This document shows positions 19,808 through 29,148 of a stretch of DNA of 54,283 nt, piece after piece. Position 1 is the stretch's first letter. Each line of letters begins with the position of its first letter. The notes under the pieces were generated by a model. That model searched no databases, was not told the DNA's origin, and saw nothing but the letters and a program-made list of their open reading frames with translations. The stretch comes from an uncultured Pseudomonadota bacterium (lineage in GTDB: Bacteria > Pseudomonadota > Gammaproteobacteria > Burkholderiales > Eutrophovitaceae): NCBI GenBank assembly GCA_913057675.1, contig CAJXOL010000002.1, positions 1-54,283 of the forward strand, in the 5' to 3' direction. The position numbers and the translations under genes were made by a program.

Positions 19808-21418
19808 TTACCGCTCTAGTATCTTTGAGACACTGGGAATGGCAAGGTTTTTATAAATCTTTATTTTCTGATTCACTCGAATGATAGATCCGTTAATTTT
19901 ATTCCACTTTCTGAGGCCTTTGATGGACACTCCATAACGTTTAGCAATACCCGAGAGCGTATCTCCTCGCTTTACTCGATAAACGATTTTTTTTCCATAA
20001 ATGGAGTTAGGTTGAGAAAACTCAGGTAGTTGCCAGGTTTCATTCAAGTTCGACGAATCCGATGAAGAGGGTAAAGGTACGAGTACCGATTGACCTACTT
20101 GAATAGGGAAATATGGATCTAAACTATTAATGGCGCGAAGTTTATCGAGATTGATGTTGAAATTTTTAGCCGTTTGAGAGAGCGTGTCTCCGTTTTTGAA
20201 TTTGTAGGTTCCCCAACTCAGAAAGGAATCAGTATGTTCGTTTAAATTATCGTTAAACCTTTCCATTCGATCGCTTGGAATGAGCATCAAGCCCTCACCA
20301 TTGGTCGTAAAAACTGGGCGATTATGAGATGGGTTTAGCATTTCAAATTCCTCTACGTCAATTTCTGCAAATTCAGCTGCTAATTTTATATCTATCAGAT
20401 GAGGAATCGGTACTGATGTGAAATATGCATAGTCTGCAACGTGAGGCAGATTCAGGTTGCCCGCATTTGCTTCACGGACAATGTTTTTAATAGCTTGCAA
20501 TTTAGGGACGTAATTTCTAGTCTCTTTCGGCATCTTTAAGTCGAAGTATGTGACTCCTTTTCCTCGACCTTTATTTCGTTTAATCGATCGCCTCAACCCA
20601 TTTTCACCCCAATTGTAAGCAGCCAAAGCAAGTTGCCAGTCATTAAATTCAGCATGTAATACTTGCAGGTAATCTAGTGCAGCCTTGGTTGATGCGATTA
20701 CATCTCGACGCTCATCGCGCCACCATGTTTGCTCTAAACCGTAGTTCTTTCCAGTGGAAGGTATGAATTGCCACAAGCCTGCAGCGTGTGCTCGAGAATA
20801 AGCAACCGGGTAGTAGGCACTCTCGACCATAGGTAATAGAGCTAATTCGGTTGGCATATTTCTTTTTTCTAGTTCACCTAGAATGAAATGTATGTACTTT
20901 TGACTACGATTGAAAATCCTACTTAGATAGGCGATATTATTTTTATACCGTTTTTCGAAATTTATTACACGTTTGCCTTGAGCATTTCTATGAATGAATA
21001 ATTTCTGACCTATTCGTATGATGGATCCGTTTATTTTATTCCGAGCCTTTAGCGCTTTCACGGAGACTCCGTAGCGCTCAGAAAGACCAGAGAGCGTGTC
21101 GCCTCTTTTTACCACGTGGGTGATCTCTTTTTTGCCATAAACGATTTCAGGGATACCAAAACCGTTGATGAGACGAGGCCAAATGCTGGGCATTGAGACC
21201 AATGATATGTGCTGAGGTGCGAGGTTCGACTGCGGATATATATAGTTGAAGGACCAAAAGCTCACTGTTTTGATATCATTTCCACTGATGAATTTCTCAA
21301 TAGCCTCTTTGTCATCTGAGATTGGATCTGCGCGAGCAGTATTCAGTATGAAACAAGCAATGAGGGTGGCCAATAACATTAATGTATTGTGGTTTCGCAT
21401 AACTGTGACGTCACTCAA
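19808..21418 (-). CDS. mltD: Membrane-bound lytic murein transglycosylase D-like protein with three LysM domains
   Basis: It has a signal peptide and an SLT catalytic region (ESAYYPVAYSRAHAAGLWQFIPSTG). One LysM lies on the N-terminal side of the SLT domain and two lie on the C-terminal side. It is adjacent to gloB, as in E. coli. Confidence 0.85.
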   Translation of the reverse strand: MSDVTVMRNHNTLMLLATLIACFILNTARADPISDDKEAIEKFISGNDIKTVSFWSFNYIYPQSNLAPQHISLVSMPSIWPRLINGFGIPEIVYGKKEITHVVKRGDTLSGLSERYGVSVKALKARNKINGSIIRIGQKLFIHRNAQGKRVINFEKRYKNNIAYLSRIFNRSQKYIHFILGELEKRNMPTELALLPMVESAYYPVAYSRAHAAGLWQFIPSTGKNYGLEQTWWRDERRDVIASTKAALDYLQVLHAEFNDWQLALAAYNWGENGLRRSIKRNKGRGKGVTYFDLKMPKETRNYVPKLQAIKNIVREANAGNLNLPHVADYAYFTSVPIPHLIDIKLAAEFAEIDVEEFEMLNPSHNRPVFTTNGEGLMLIPSDRMERFNDNLNEHTDSFLSWGTYKFKNGDTLSQTAKNFNINLDKLRAINSLDPYFPIQVGQSVLVPLPSSSDSSNLNETWQLPEFSQPNSIYGKKIVYRVKRGDTLSGIAKRYGVSIKGLRKWNKINGSIIRVNQKIKIYKNLAIPSVSKILER

Positions 21419-21433
21419 TTAGCGCTTGTGAAC

Positions 21434-22204
21434 TTAAAAATCATTTTTCCATTCTCGGATCGCAGCAAATACCTCAGTCGGGCTAAACAGAGGCTTATGC
21501 GCCTGATTTTGCGCTGTACTTATAACTGTTGGTTCGTCACATCGCAGGAATGGATTTACTGATTTTTCGAATCCAATTGAAGTAGGGAGGGAAATTTTTT
21601 GATCAGATAATTTGGAGTTAATGAGGTCCTCATAATCTATCAATATTGTATTATTCGGTTCTACAACTCGAGCAAATTTAATATTGGCTAACGTGTACTC
21701 GTGTGTGCAGTAAACCTCAGTAGCATCAGGTAAATGAGCAAGCTTTTCTAAGGAGTTAAACATTTGTGGCGGCGTGCCTTCAAAGATTCTCCCACAACCA
21801 CACGAGAACAGAGTGTCGCCACAAAACACCCGTTGGTCATCAAAATAAGCGATGTGTCCCGAGGTATGCCCAGGTATGTCAAGGACAGTAAACGAGAGAC
21901 CTAATTGCTCTAATCTCACTTCGTCGCCTTCAACGAGTTTGTGAGAAATGTTAGGGATATTTTCAGTTTTTGGACCATAAACAGGAACATCGTGTTTACC
22001 AATGATGTTTTTTATCCCTCCAATATGATCGGCGTGATGGTGCGTGATCAAAATCCCAGATAGGCTAAGATCATTCGAGTCTAAAAAATCCAGAACTGGC
22101 TGCGAGTCACCCGGATCAACAATCACTGCGTGCGTTTGGTTGTGTATTGTCCAAATGTAATTGTCTTGGAAGGCCTTAACCGGATAGACTTGCGTATTAT
22201 TCAT
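21434..22204 (-). CDS. gloB: Hydroxyacylglutathione hydrolase (glyoxalase II)
   Basis: It has the metallo-beta-lactamase motif THHHADHIGG and the sequence FQDNYIW. The 256-aa length fits. Confidence 0.9.
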   Translation of the reverse strand: MNNTQVYPVKAFQDNYIWTIHNQTHAVIVDPGDSQPVLDFLDSNDLSLSGILITHHHADHIGGIKNIIGKHDVPVYGPKTENIPNISHKLVEGDEVRLEQLGLSFTVLDIPGHTSGHIAYFDDQRVFCGDTLFSCGCGRIFEGTPPQMFNSLEKLAHLPDATEVYCTHEYTLANIKFARVVEPNNTILIDYEDLINSKLSDQKISLPTSIGFEKSVNPFLRCDEPTVISTAQNQAHKPLFSPTEVFAAIREWKNDF

Positions 22205-22234
22205 ATACTCTTATCTTTAATGCCAGTAGATTAA

Positions 22235-22990
22235 ATGTCAACACGTGAGGATAAAGTAAATTTAGTAGATTGTTTTTCGGGCTCATTAGGTAAAGATTTA
22301 CTGAGCGTGGAGCGGCCAATTATTGACGGTATGATTTCAGATGTCTTTGGATTTAATGCCGTTCAAATTGGCTCGCCAGAGTACGACTTTTTGGCTCATA
22401 GTCGTATTCCTAATAAATTTTTAATGTCTGAATCTTCCCTAAGTCATATCTGCGGTCTGTCTCATCAAAATCCCATAAAATCTAACTCTATAGACTTGGT
22501 GGTTTTGCCACACGGTCTAGAGTTCAGTATAAATCCACACAGTGTTGTGAGAGAGATTGAGAGAATTTTGGTTCCTGGTGGGTCTTTAGTTTTATCAGGA
22601 TTTAACCCCATGAGCTTTTGGGGCGCGCGTTACTTGTTAAATAAATACATAGTTAAGAGAAATGGTGTCCCAGCAGAGTTATTAAGCTTGTGGCGAGTTA
22701 AGGATTGGTTAAAGCTGTTGAGTATCGAAATTGAGGCTGGCCGTTGGGGTTTTTATCGACCAGCCATACAATCGGACAAGTGGCGTGAACGTTTTCTATT
22801 TTTGGAGTCGGCGGGGGATCGGTGGTGGCCTATATTAGGCAGCATTTATATGCTTAAAGGTGTTAAAAAAGTTCGAGGGATGCGTTTATCAATAGATCGT
22901 TGGTCTTCTTATGGGTCGGTTCGACCAGCGGTCAGATCAACGAATAAGGAGACAGCAAAATTGATTGACTTTCGTGAGGTGGATGAGTGA
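22235..22990 (+). CDS. Class I SAM-dependent methyltransferase (YafS-like)
   Basis: It sits between gloB and rnhA, where yafS-type genes occur. The region LVLPHGLEF...[15 protein letters not shown] fits a methyltransferase fold. Confidence 0.65.
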   Translation: MSTREDKVNLVDCFSGSLGKDLLSVERPIIDGMISDVFGFNAVQIGSPEYDFLAHSRIPNKFLMSESSLSHICGLSHQNPIKSNSIDLVVLPHGLEFSINPHSVVREIERILVPGGSLVLSGFNPMSFWGARYLLNKYIVKRNGVPAELLSLWRVKDWLKLLSIEIEAGRWGFYRPAIQSDKWRERFLFLESAGDRWWPILGSIYMLKGVKKVRGMRLSIDRWSSYGSVRPAVRSTNKETAKLIDFREVDE

Positions 22991-23424
22991 AAGTTAGCAG
23001 CACAATTGACATATATACTGATGGGGCTTGTAAAGGCAATCCTGGTCCTGGTGGTTGGGGTGCCTATCTGCTTTCAGGGGTACATGAAAAGGAGATTTTT
23101 GGGGGAGAGGCTGAAACCACTAATAATAGAATGGAACTGACAGCGGTAATAGAGGCGCTACGAACGTTGAAAAATCCCTCAAAAATTCGTTTATTTATCG
23201 ATTCGCAATATGTTAAAAATGGTATCAATCTGTGGATTGAGAATTGGAAAAAGACAGGTTGGAAAACCAGTAATAAAAAACCAGTGAAAAATGTGGACTT
23301 ATGGATGATGCTTGATGCGCTTGTCCCTCGGCATGAGATCGAATGGATATGGGTAAAAGGACACGCTGGAAATTTAGGTAATGAGCGTGCTGATGCCCTT
23401 GCAAATCGGGGAGTCCCGATTTGA
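22987..23424 (+). CDS. rnhA: Ribonuclease HI
   Basis: The product contains [17 protein letters not shown]...TNNRMEL...DSQYV...[14 protein letters not shown]. The GTG start overlaps the upstream stop. Confidence 0.92.
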   Translation: MKVSSTIDIYTDGACKGNPGPGGWGAYLLSGVHEKEIFGGEAETTNNRMELTAVIEALRTLKNPSKIRLFIDSQYVKNGINLWIENWKKTGWKTSNKKPVKNVDLWMMLDALVPRHEIEWIWVKGHAGNLGNERADALANRGVPI

Positions 23425-23458
23425 ACCGAATAAATAGCATTAGACTAAGGAGTATTGA

Positions 23459-24160
23459 GTGCGTTACGTCATTTTAGATACCGAGACCACAGGACTTAGC
23501 CCAGCAAACGGTCATCGAATTATAGAAATTGCTGCGATTGAAGTGGATGGTCGAAATGTCACGAATAATACTTTTCAGGTTTATTTGAATCCACAGCGTC
23601 TCGTAGAGCCTGAGGCATTCAAAGTTCACGGGTTAAGTGATCAATTTTTAGAAGATAAACCAAAATTTAGCGCTATCGTTGACGATTTTTTGATGTTCGT
23701 TAAAGACAGTCATGTTGTGATTCACAATGCTCCTTTTGATATTGGGTTCTTGAATATGGAGCTCGAGAATTCTGGATTTGGTAAGTTTGCTGACTACTGT
23801 GATGATATTATCGATTCTCTTGTTCTGGCGCGACGCTTGCACCCTGGGCGGAGAAATTCACTCGATGCATTGTGTGAGCGGTATGCTGTAGATCGCTCGT
23901 CCCGAACGCTTCATGGCGCATTGATAGATACTCAATTACTTGCTCAGGTCTACTTATCTATGACGCGGGGTCAGGATAGTTTGTTAAGTGACGATGCTGA
24001 TGAGGCAGAGTCGTTATCAGATCATAGGCCTGAAGGTTTCGAAAAACATGTTGTGGTCGTTAAGGCATCGAAACAAGAGCTAAGTGCTCATGCTGACTAT
24101 TTAGAGAAATTAGCAAGCGCTGAGAGTGTTCAACCGATATGGACAAGCGGAACTGAATAA
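23459..24160 (+). CDS. dnaQ: DNA polymerase III epsilon subunit (3'-5' proofreading exonuclease)
   Basis: The Exo I (ILDTETTG), Exo II (HNAPFDIGFL) and Exo III (HGALIDTQLLAQVY) motifs are all present. It has a GTG start. Confidence 0.9.
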   Translation: MRYVILDTETTGLSPANGHRIIEIAAIEVDGRNVTNNTFQVYLNPQRLVEPEAFKVHGLSDQFLEDKPKFSAIVDDFLMFVKDSHVVIHNAPFDIGFLNMELENSGFGKFADYCDDIIDSLVLARRLHPGRRNSLDALCERYAVDRSSRTLHGALIDTQLLAQVYLSMTRGQDSLLSDDADEAESLSDHRPEGFEKHVVVVKASKQELSAHADYLEKLASAESVQPIWTSGTE

Positions 24161-24328
24161 ATGGGTCAATCAGTTAAGGTTCAGCGTTCGACCTATAAAA
24201 AATCGAACCTGCCGTCAAAACAATGTCTCGTTTGCCAAAAGTCATTTTCATGGCGCAAGAAATGGGAGCGGGACTGGGAACAGGTGAAGTATTGCTCGGA
24301 GCGCTGTCGTCGCTCAACGGTGTCTTGA
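24161..24328 (+). CDS. DUF2256 small zinc-ribbon-like protein (55 aa; below the ORF-track size cut-off)
   Basis: My own translation is [55 protein letters not shown]. This matches the DUF2256 pattern (C..C...F.WRKKW.RDW..V.YCS.RCR). The ORF starts right after the dnaQ stop. Confidence 0.75.
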   Translation: MGQSVKVQRSTYKKSNLPSKQCLVCQKSFSWRKKWERDWEQVKYCSERCRRSTVS

Positions 24329-24335
24329 GTTGATT

Positions 24336-25862
24336 ATGAGACAGTTGCGCCTTATCTTGGGAGACCAGCTCAATTTAAATCACTCTTGGTTTAATTCGAT
24401 CGACAGTGAAGTGATCTACCTGATGATGGAGGTTAAGTCGGAGGCGAATCGGTCTCCTCTGCATGCGCAAAAAATATTAGGCACATTCGCAGCTATGCGA
24501 TTTTTTTCAAAAACGTTGATTGATCGAGGCCATCATGTCGAATATGTTGATATCAACGCGAGCGAAAATCATCACAGCTTTAGCGGTAATTTAGGACATT
24601 TCTGTCACAAATTAGCGATCAAGAAATTTGTTTGGCAAGAGCCCGATTCTTGGTATGTCGATCAGGAGTTGAATGGTTTTCTTGATAGGTCCGAGCTATC
24701 CGGCGGCAGTGTCCCGTCAGAGCATTTTTTCGAGGAGCGGGGCGCACTGGCATTTTTCATGGAAGAGAAAAAGTCTTGGAAAATGGAGAATTGGTATCGG
24801 CATTTACGACTCAAACATGATGTCTTAATGAGTGAATCTAAGCCCGTAGGAGGGGCTTGGAATTTTGACAAGGAAAATCGAAAAAACTGGCGTGGTGAGC
24901 CTGCACCTAATTCTTTGCGGAGACCGAAGCATGACCATACAAAATTATGGGGTGAAATAGTAGAGTCTGGTATCACTACGTTCGGCAATCCAACCTCTGA
25001 AGCCTTTCAATGGCCACTGAGTCGTGAGGAGTCATTGGTAATGCTTAAGGACTTCTGCTCTGCGAATGTAAGGTTCTTTGGTGATTATCAGGATGCAATG
25101 TCAGTTAAGCATCAGACACTTTTTCATTCGCTCCTCTCGTTCTCGTTAAATCTGAAAATGATTTCACCTCAAGAGGTAATTGACACGGTAGTGCAGGAGC
25201 TGGCTGAGGATTGGGAGAATATCGCAAGTATTGAGGGATTTGTGAGGCAAGTACTTGGGTGGAGAGAGTACATTCGTGGTATCTACTGGGCAAAAATGCC
25301 CGATTACTTGAAGAGTAATCACTTTCTATTTACCAGAGAGCTACCCAGTTGGTTCTGGACTGGTGATGTTGGGATGAATTGTTTAAGCACAACCATTAAA
25401 CAATCGTTGAATACGGCTTATGCGCACCACATACAGCGATTAATGATTGTCGGTAATTTCTCGTTGCTGGCGGGATTGAATCCTCGCGACGTTCACCATT
25501 GGTATTTAGGTATTTATATTGACGCACTAGAGTGGGTTGAGGTACCTAATACGATTGGGATGAGTCAGTATGCGGATGGGGGTGTGCTTGCGACCAAGCC
25601 ATATGTTTCTAGTAGCGCTTACATTCATCGGATGAGTGATTACTGTAAGGGTTGCCAATATAGCCGTAAAGAAAAGCACAACGCAAAATCCTGTCCATTC
25701 GACACTCTATATTGGGATTTTTTGTCGAGTCAAAGACGGTTTTTTGATAAAAACCCAAGAATGGCTATGATGCTAAAGAATTTGGATCGAAAATCAGATG
25801 AGGAGAAGAGTTTAATTGCGAATCACGCTAAGGTGTTGCGTGAGGATATTGAGAAGTTATAA
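24336..25862 (+). CDS. Fe-S bacterial cryptochrome/photolyase (FeS-BCP, PhrB-like (6-4) photolyase family)
   Basis: The N-terminus MRQLRLILGDQL resembles PhrB/CryB. It has a cysteine set including CKGC-x12-C (C-x2-C-x12-C) plus an upstream MNC, matching the 4Fe-4S ligand spacing I recall for A. tumefaciens PhrB. I prefer the ATG at 24336 over the TTG at 24330. Confidence 0.85.
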   Translation: MRQLRLILGDQLNLNHSWFNSIDSEVIYLMMEVKSEANRSPLHAQKILGTFAAMRFFSKTLIDRGHHVEYVDINASENHHSFSGNLGHFCHKLAIKKFVWQEPDSWYVDQELNGFLDRSELSGGSVPSEHFFEERGALAFFMEEKKSWKMENWYRHLRLKHDVLMSESKPVGGAWNFDKENRKNWRGEPAPNSLRRPKHDHTKLWGEIVESGITTFGNPTSEAFQWPLSREESLVMLKDFCSANVRFFGDYQDAMSVKHQTLFHSLLSFSLNLKMISPQEVIDTVVQELAEDWENIASIEGFVRQVLGWREYIRGIYWAKMPDYLKSNHFLFTRELPSWFWTGDVGMNCLSTTIKQSLNTAYAHHIQRLMIVGNFSLLAGLNPRDVHHWYLGIYIDALEWVEVPNTIGMSQYADGGVLATKPYVSSSAYIHRMSDYCKGCQYSRKEKHNAKSCPFDTLYWDFLSSQRRFFDKNPRMAMMLKNLDRKSDEEKSLIANHAKVLREDIEKL

Positions 25863-25915
25863 GTTTTTTTAGACCTTTATCATGTTTTTTGAGCGTATAT
25901 TTTGGGGGTGTTAGT

Positions 25916-26260
25916 ATGCTGATGATGCGTAATTTATTACTAATTTTTCTGGGGATGGTGCCTTATCAGTTGGCAAGTGCTTGGAGTAGTGATGTTCAGG
26001 CGTCTGGTTCGTTCAAAGCGACTGTTGCTTATGAGACTCAAAACACATATCAGGTTCATATGTCTCCTGTGTCTAACTTACACTGGATAACTACAGAAGC
26101 GTGTGATTTAGAGTTGTTGTTTGACGACGTTGTTGTTGAGATTTACGAAAAAAATGGTCAGCGTTTTGGTGCTGTGTTCAAACTCGTGACAGAGGGAAGT
26201 ACTCAAGAAGACTGGGCTACCTGTTCGGTAACAGGCTTATATAGTGAAGCGCCGAAATAA
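25916..26260 (+). CDS. Hypothetical exported protein
   Basis: The ATG at 25916 follows a GGGGTG Shine-Dalgarno-like sequence and gives a signal-peptide-like N-terminus (MLMMRNLLLIFLGMVPYQLASA). I recognise no family. Confidence 0.5.
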   Translation: MLMMRNLLLIFLGMVPYQLASAWSSDVQASGSFKATVAYETQNTYQVHMSPVSNLHWITTEACDLELLFDDVVVEIYEKNGQRFGAVFKLVTEGSTQEDWATCSVTGLYSEAPK

Positions 26261-26276
26261 TTGAGTCTCCATAGGG

Positions 26277-26933
26277 TTATGGCTGATTTTTTATTTTTTT
26301 GGTCAAATCTACGCTGATGCTATGCTTGAGCAATATACTCAGTGTTGGGTTTCTTGTAAGCAATTTCTCTAAAGACTGTCGATCCCATGTGATTACTTGT
26401 GTTCGTGTGCGTGTGATTGTTGTGGCAGACGCGCTGCTGTTATTGACAAGAGACATTTCCCCAATGAAGTTGCCATCAGAGATTTTAGCAATTTCGTGAG
26501 TATTTTTCATGATGGAAACTGTGCCATTTTGAATGAAATATAGTTTTTTAGGGACTTCATTCTGCGTTGTAAGTGTGATGTTTTTGTCTACGGTTTCCCA
26601 TTGACCTGAGCGCATTAGTTTCGCAAACTCAACCCGGTTGAAATTTGAAAAACTGGTATCTAACATTTCGAGTTCGATATCACTTAATGAGATTTTAGAT
26701 TGTTCCGTATACATTTGGTACACGCGCCATACGTTAATGAGTGCAAACACTATGCACCAGGACAGAGGTAGCCAATCTGGAGACCCCATCGGGTGAAAGT
26801 AATTGTAAATGATGGCCCCGCAAGAACTAAATATCGCAAGAATTCTTAGTGCGACAATATCCTTGACGGCAAATGAGAGTGCAGTCAGAAAGAATGCCAG
26901 ATGTCCGACGATGGAGACAAGGGATAGTGACAT
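26277..26933 (-). CDS. Small membrane protein: three TM helices plus a C-terminal CAP-fold cyclic-nucleotide-binding-like domain (Popeye/POPDC-like architecture)
   Basis: Three hydrophobic helices lie in residues ~5-75. They are followed by LYFIQNGTVSIMKN...DGNFIGEMSLV...ASATTIT, a cNMP-binding beta-barrel in which the canonical phosphate-binding Arg is replaced. Confidence 0.7.
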   Translation of the reverse strand: MSLSLVSIVGHLAFFLTALSFAVKDIVALRILAIFSSCGAIIYNYFHPMGSPDWLPLSWCIVFALINVWRVYQMYTEQSKISLSDIELEMLDTSFSNFNRVEFAKLMRSGQWETVDKNITLTTQNEVPKKLYFIQNGTVSIMKNTHEIAKISDGNFIGEMSLVNNSSASATTITRTRTQVITWDRQSLEKLLTRNPTLSILLKHSISVDLTKKIKNQP

Positions 26934-27007
26934 GGGAAGGTTCCAGTTATCTTATTAGCGAGGTATCATACCGTTGTTCTTGCTAAGCAACTAAGGATGT
27001 TGGCCGT

Positions 27008-27022
27008 TGATGACTGTCATCA
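27008..27022. promoter_or_regulatory. Perfect 15-bp palindrome TGATGAC-T-GTCATCA in a divergent promoter region (candidate operator)
   Basis: A 7-bp inverted repeat with a 1-nt spacer lies between the divergently transcribed 26277-26933 gene and the aldehyde dehydrogenase gene. Confidence 0.25.
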
Positions 27023-27096
27023 TTGCTGATTTGATAGAATCTTTATTGGCTTGAATCTAGTTGTTTACATAGTAATATTTTATTCGGGGTGCATTA

Positions 27097-28527
27097 ATGC
27101 GTAATGAAACAGATTTTTTTATCGATGGCGCTTGGGTAAAACCCAATTCTGATCGAACTTTATCCGTAATTAATCCATCTACGGAGGATTCAATTTCAGT
27201 AATTACGCTAGGTGATGAGACAGATTTAAACCGAGCCGTATCGGCTGCTAAAAGTGCTCAAGCGGATTGGTCTGAGACGTCTGTGGAAGAGAGAAAATCC
27301 TTGCTTGAAAAACTACTAGGGATTTATAAACTGAAGATGAATGAAATGGCAGCGATTATCTCTTCGGAAATGGGTGCGCCGCTCTCAATGGCTCAAGCTG
27401 CACAATCTGGTGCTGGATACGCGCATCTGAGACAAACGATTAAAACGTTGGAGACTTTCAGTTTTGTGACGGAAGTTGCAAAGAAAGAGGGAGTAGATCA
27501 CGTATTTCATGAGTCCATTGGGGTGGTCGGATTAATTACACCTTGGAATTGGCCTATGAATCAAGTGATGCTGAAGGTGGCTCCGGCACTGGCTGCAGGA
27601 TGCACAGTTATTTTAAAGCCCTCAGAAATAGCCCCTCTGTCTTCTATGTTGCTGGCCGATATGATTGAGGAAGCAAAGTTTCCGAAAGGAGTGTTCAATC
27701 TCATTAACGGTGATGGAGCTGGCGTTGGAACGTGGTTAACTCAGCATCCTGATGTGGCGGCGATTTCTTTTACTGGATCAACCCGTGCTGGGAGATTAAT
27801 TATGAGTGCGGCCAGCGATCAGGTGAAACCTGTTTGTCTCGAATTGGGTGGCAAGGGCGCGAATATTATTTTTGCAGATGCAGATGAAAAAGCGGTGGGG
27901 CGCGGCGTGCGCCAGTGTTTCTTAAACAGTGGCCAATCGTGTAATGCACCAACTAGGATGCTCGTGGAGGAATCAATTTACGATAAGGCTGTGGAAGAAG
28001 CGCGTGCTATGGCTATCAAAACGACGGTTGGTTATGCTCATGAAGAGGGACGGCATATAGGGCCTGTCGCATCAGCTACTCAGTATGAGAAAGTACAAGC
28101 ACTCATTCGAACGGGCATTCAGCAGGGTGCTAAGCTTGTCAGTGGTGGAGAAGGTAGGCCAGAGGGTTTAGATAAAGGTTATTTTGTTAAACCTACAGTG
28201 TTTGCTGATGTAACCACTGACATGGATATATTCAAAGAAGAAATATTCGGTCCCGTACTCTCAATTACCCCATTTAAGAATCAGGCTCATGCTATCGAGC
28301 TTGCAAATGACACACCATATGGTCTCACCAATTATGTGCAAACGGCTGATATATCTCGGGCGCGTGACTTAGCTCGGAAATTGAAATCAGGTATGGTTGA
28401 GGTGAACGGACAACTCTTGAGCCCAGCAACGCCCTTTGGTGGGGTTGGTCTGTCCGGTGTGGGTCGCGAGGGTGGCGTGTGGGGGATAGAACAATTCCTA
28501 TACACGAAAGCGGTTAGTGGTATCTGA
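27097..28527 (+). CDS. NAD(P)+-dependent aldehyde dehydrogenase family protein
   Basis: The 476-aa product has the ALDH motifs ELGGKG and GQSCNAPTR (catalytic Cys) and FTGSTRAG. Substrate is not assignable. Confidence 0.9.
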   Translation: MRNETDFFIDGAWVKPNSDRTLSVINPSTEDSISVITLGDETDLNRAVSAAKSAQADWSETSVEERKSLLEKLLGIYKLKMNEMAAIISSEMGAPLSMAQAAQSGAGYAHLRQTIKTLETFSFVTEVAKKEGVDHVFHESIGVVGLITPWNWPMNQVMLKVAPALAAGCTVILKPSEIAPLSSMLLADMIEEAKFPKGVFNLINGDGAGVGTWLTQHPDVAAISFTGSTRAGRLIMSAASDQVKPVCLELGGKGANIIFADADEKAVGRGVRQCFLNSGQSCNAPTRMLVEESIYDKAVEEARAMAIKTTVGYAHEEGRHIGPVASATQYEKVQALIRTGIQQGAKLVSGGEGRPEGLDKGYFVKPTVFADVTTDMDIFKEEIFGPVLSITPFKNQAHAIELANDTPYGLTNYVQTADISRARDLARKLKSGMVEVNGQLLSPATPFGGVGLSGVGREGGVWGIEQFLYTKAVSGI

Positions 28528-28588
28528 ACGTTTTTTTATTGGATTAGACCGTATGTCCAATGTCTGACGTTCATAGGTTAAATTACGT

Positions 28589-29017
28589 TTGAACCAGAGA
28601 CAAATACAGGCTCTAGGATATGGTGGCCTCATACCGTTTTTTGGATGTGTACTGTTATCCTATCGGTCGGATCAACCAGACTTTTGGGTTTTCTCGCTTC
28701 ATGTCTATGCAGTGATGATAGCCTCGTTTCTCGGCGCTATCTCGTGGGGCTTAGTACTCTCGTATAAAGAGATGTCAATGCCACAAAGACGGTGGTTGGT
28801 GTATTGGGGGGTGACACCGGCAATTCTTGGATGGATATGTATACTTTTGCCACAGGCAATACAGGTTGGCCCGCTGGTAGCGCTATTTGCATTGATTCTA
28901 GTCGTAGATAGGTATATTTATCGGCAGCAAGGCTTGCCGGTATTTTGGCTGAAATTAAGATTCAGGTTAACTTTTGGTGTGACCTTAGCTTTAATTCTTG
29001 CTGAGTTCGTTCAGTAG
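28589..29017 (+). CDS. DUF3429-like integral membrane protein
   Basis: The product has four hydrophobic segments and the N-terminal motif LGYGGLIPF, which is typical of DUF3429. Only a TTG start is available. Confidence 0.6.
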   Translation: MNQRQIQALGYGGLIPFFGCVLLSYRSDQPDFWVFSLHVYAVMIASFLGAISWGLVLSYKEMSMPQRRWLVYWGVTPAILGWICILLPQAIQVGPLVALFALILVVDRYIYRQQGLPVFWLKLRFRLTFGVTLALILAEFVQ

Positions 29018-29148
29018 CCCGCAACACTAATTGTCTTAGTCCTTAGTGACAACTTAAGGTCGTTGTGACTTGATTACGATAAGCGCATCTCGCGAGATTT
29101 AGTGTTCATTATGAATAAAGCAACTGACATCCCATCAAAGAATTGCAG

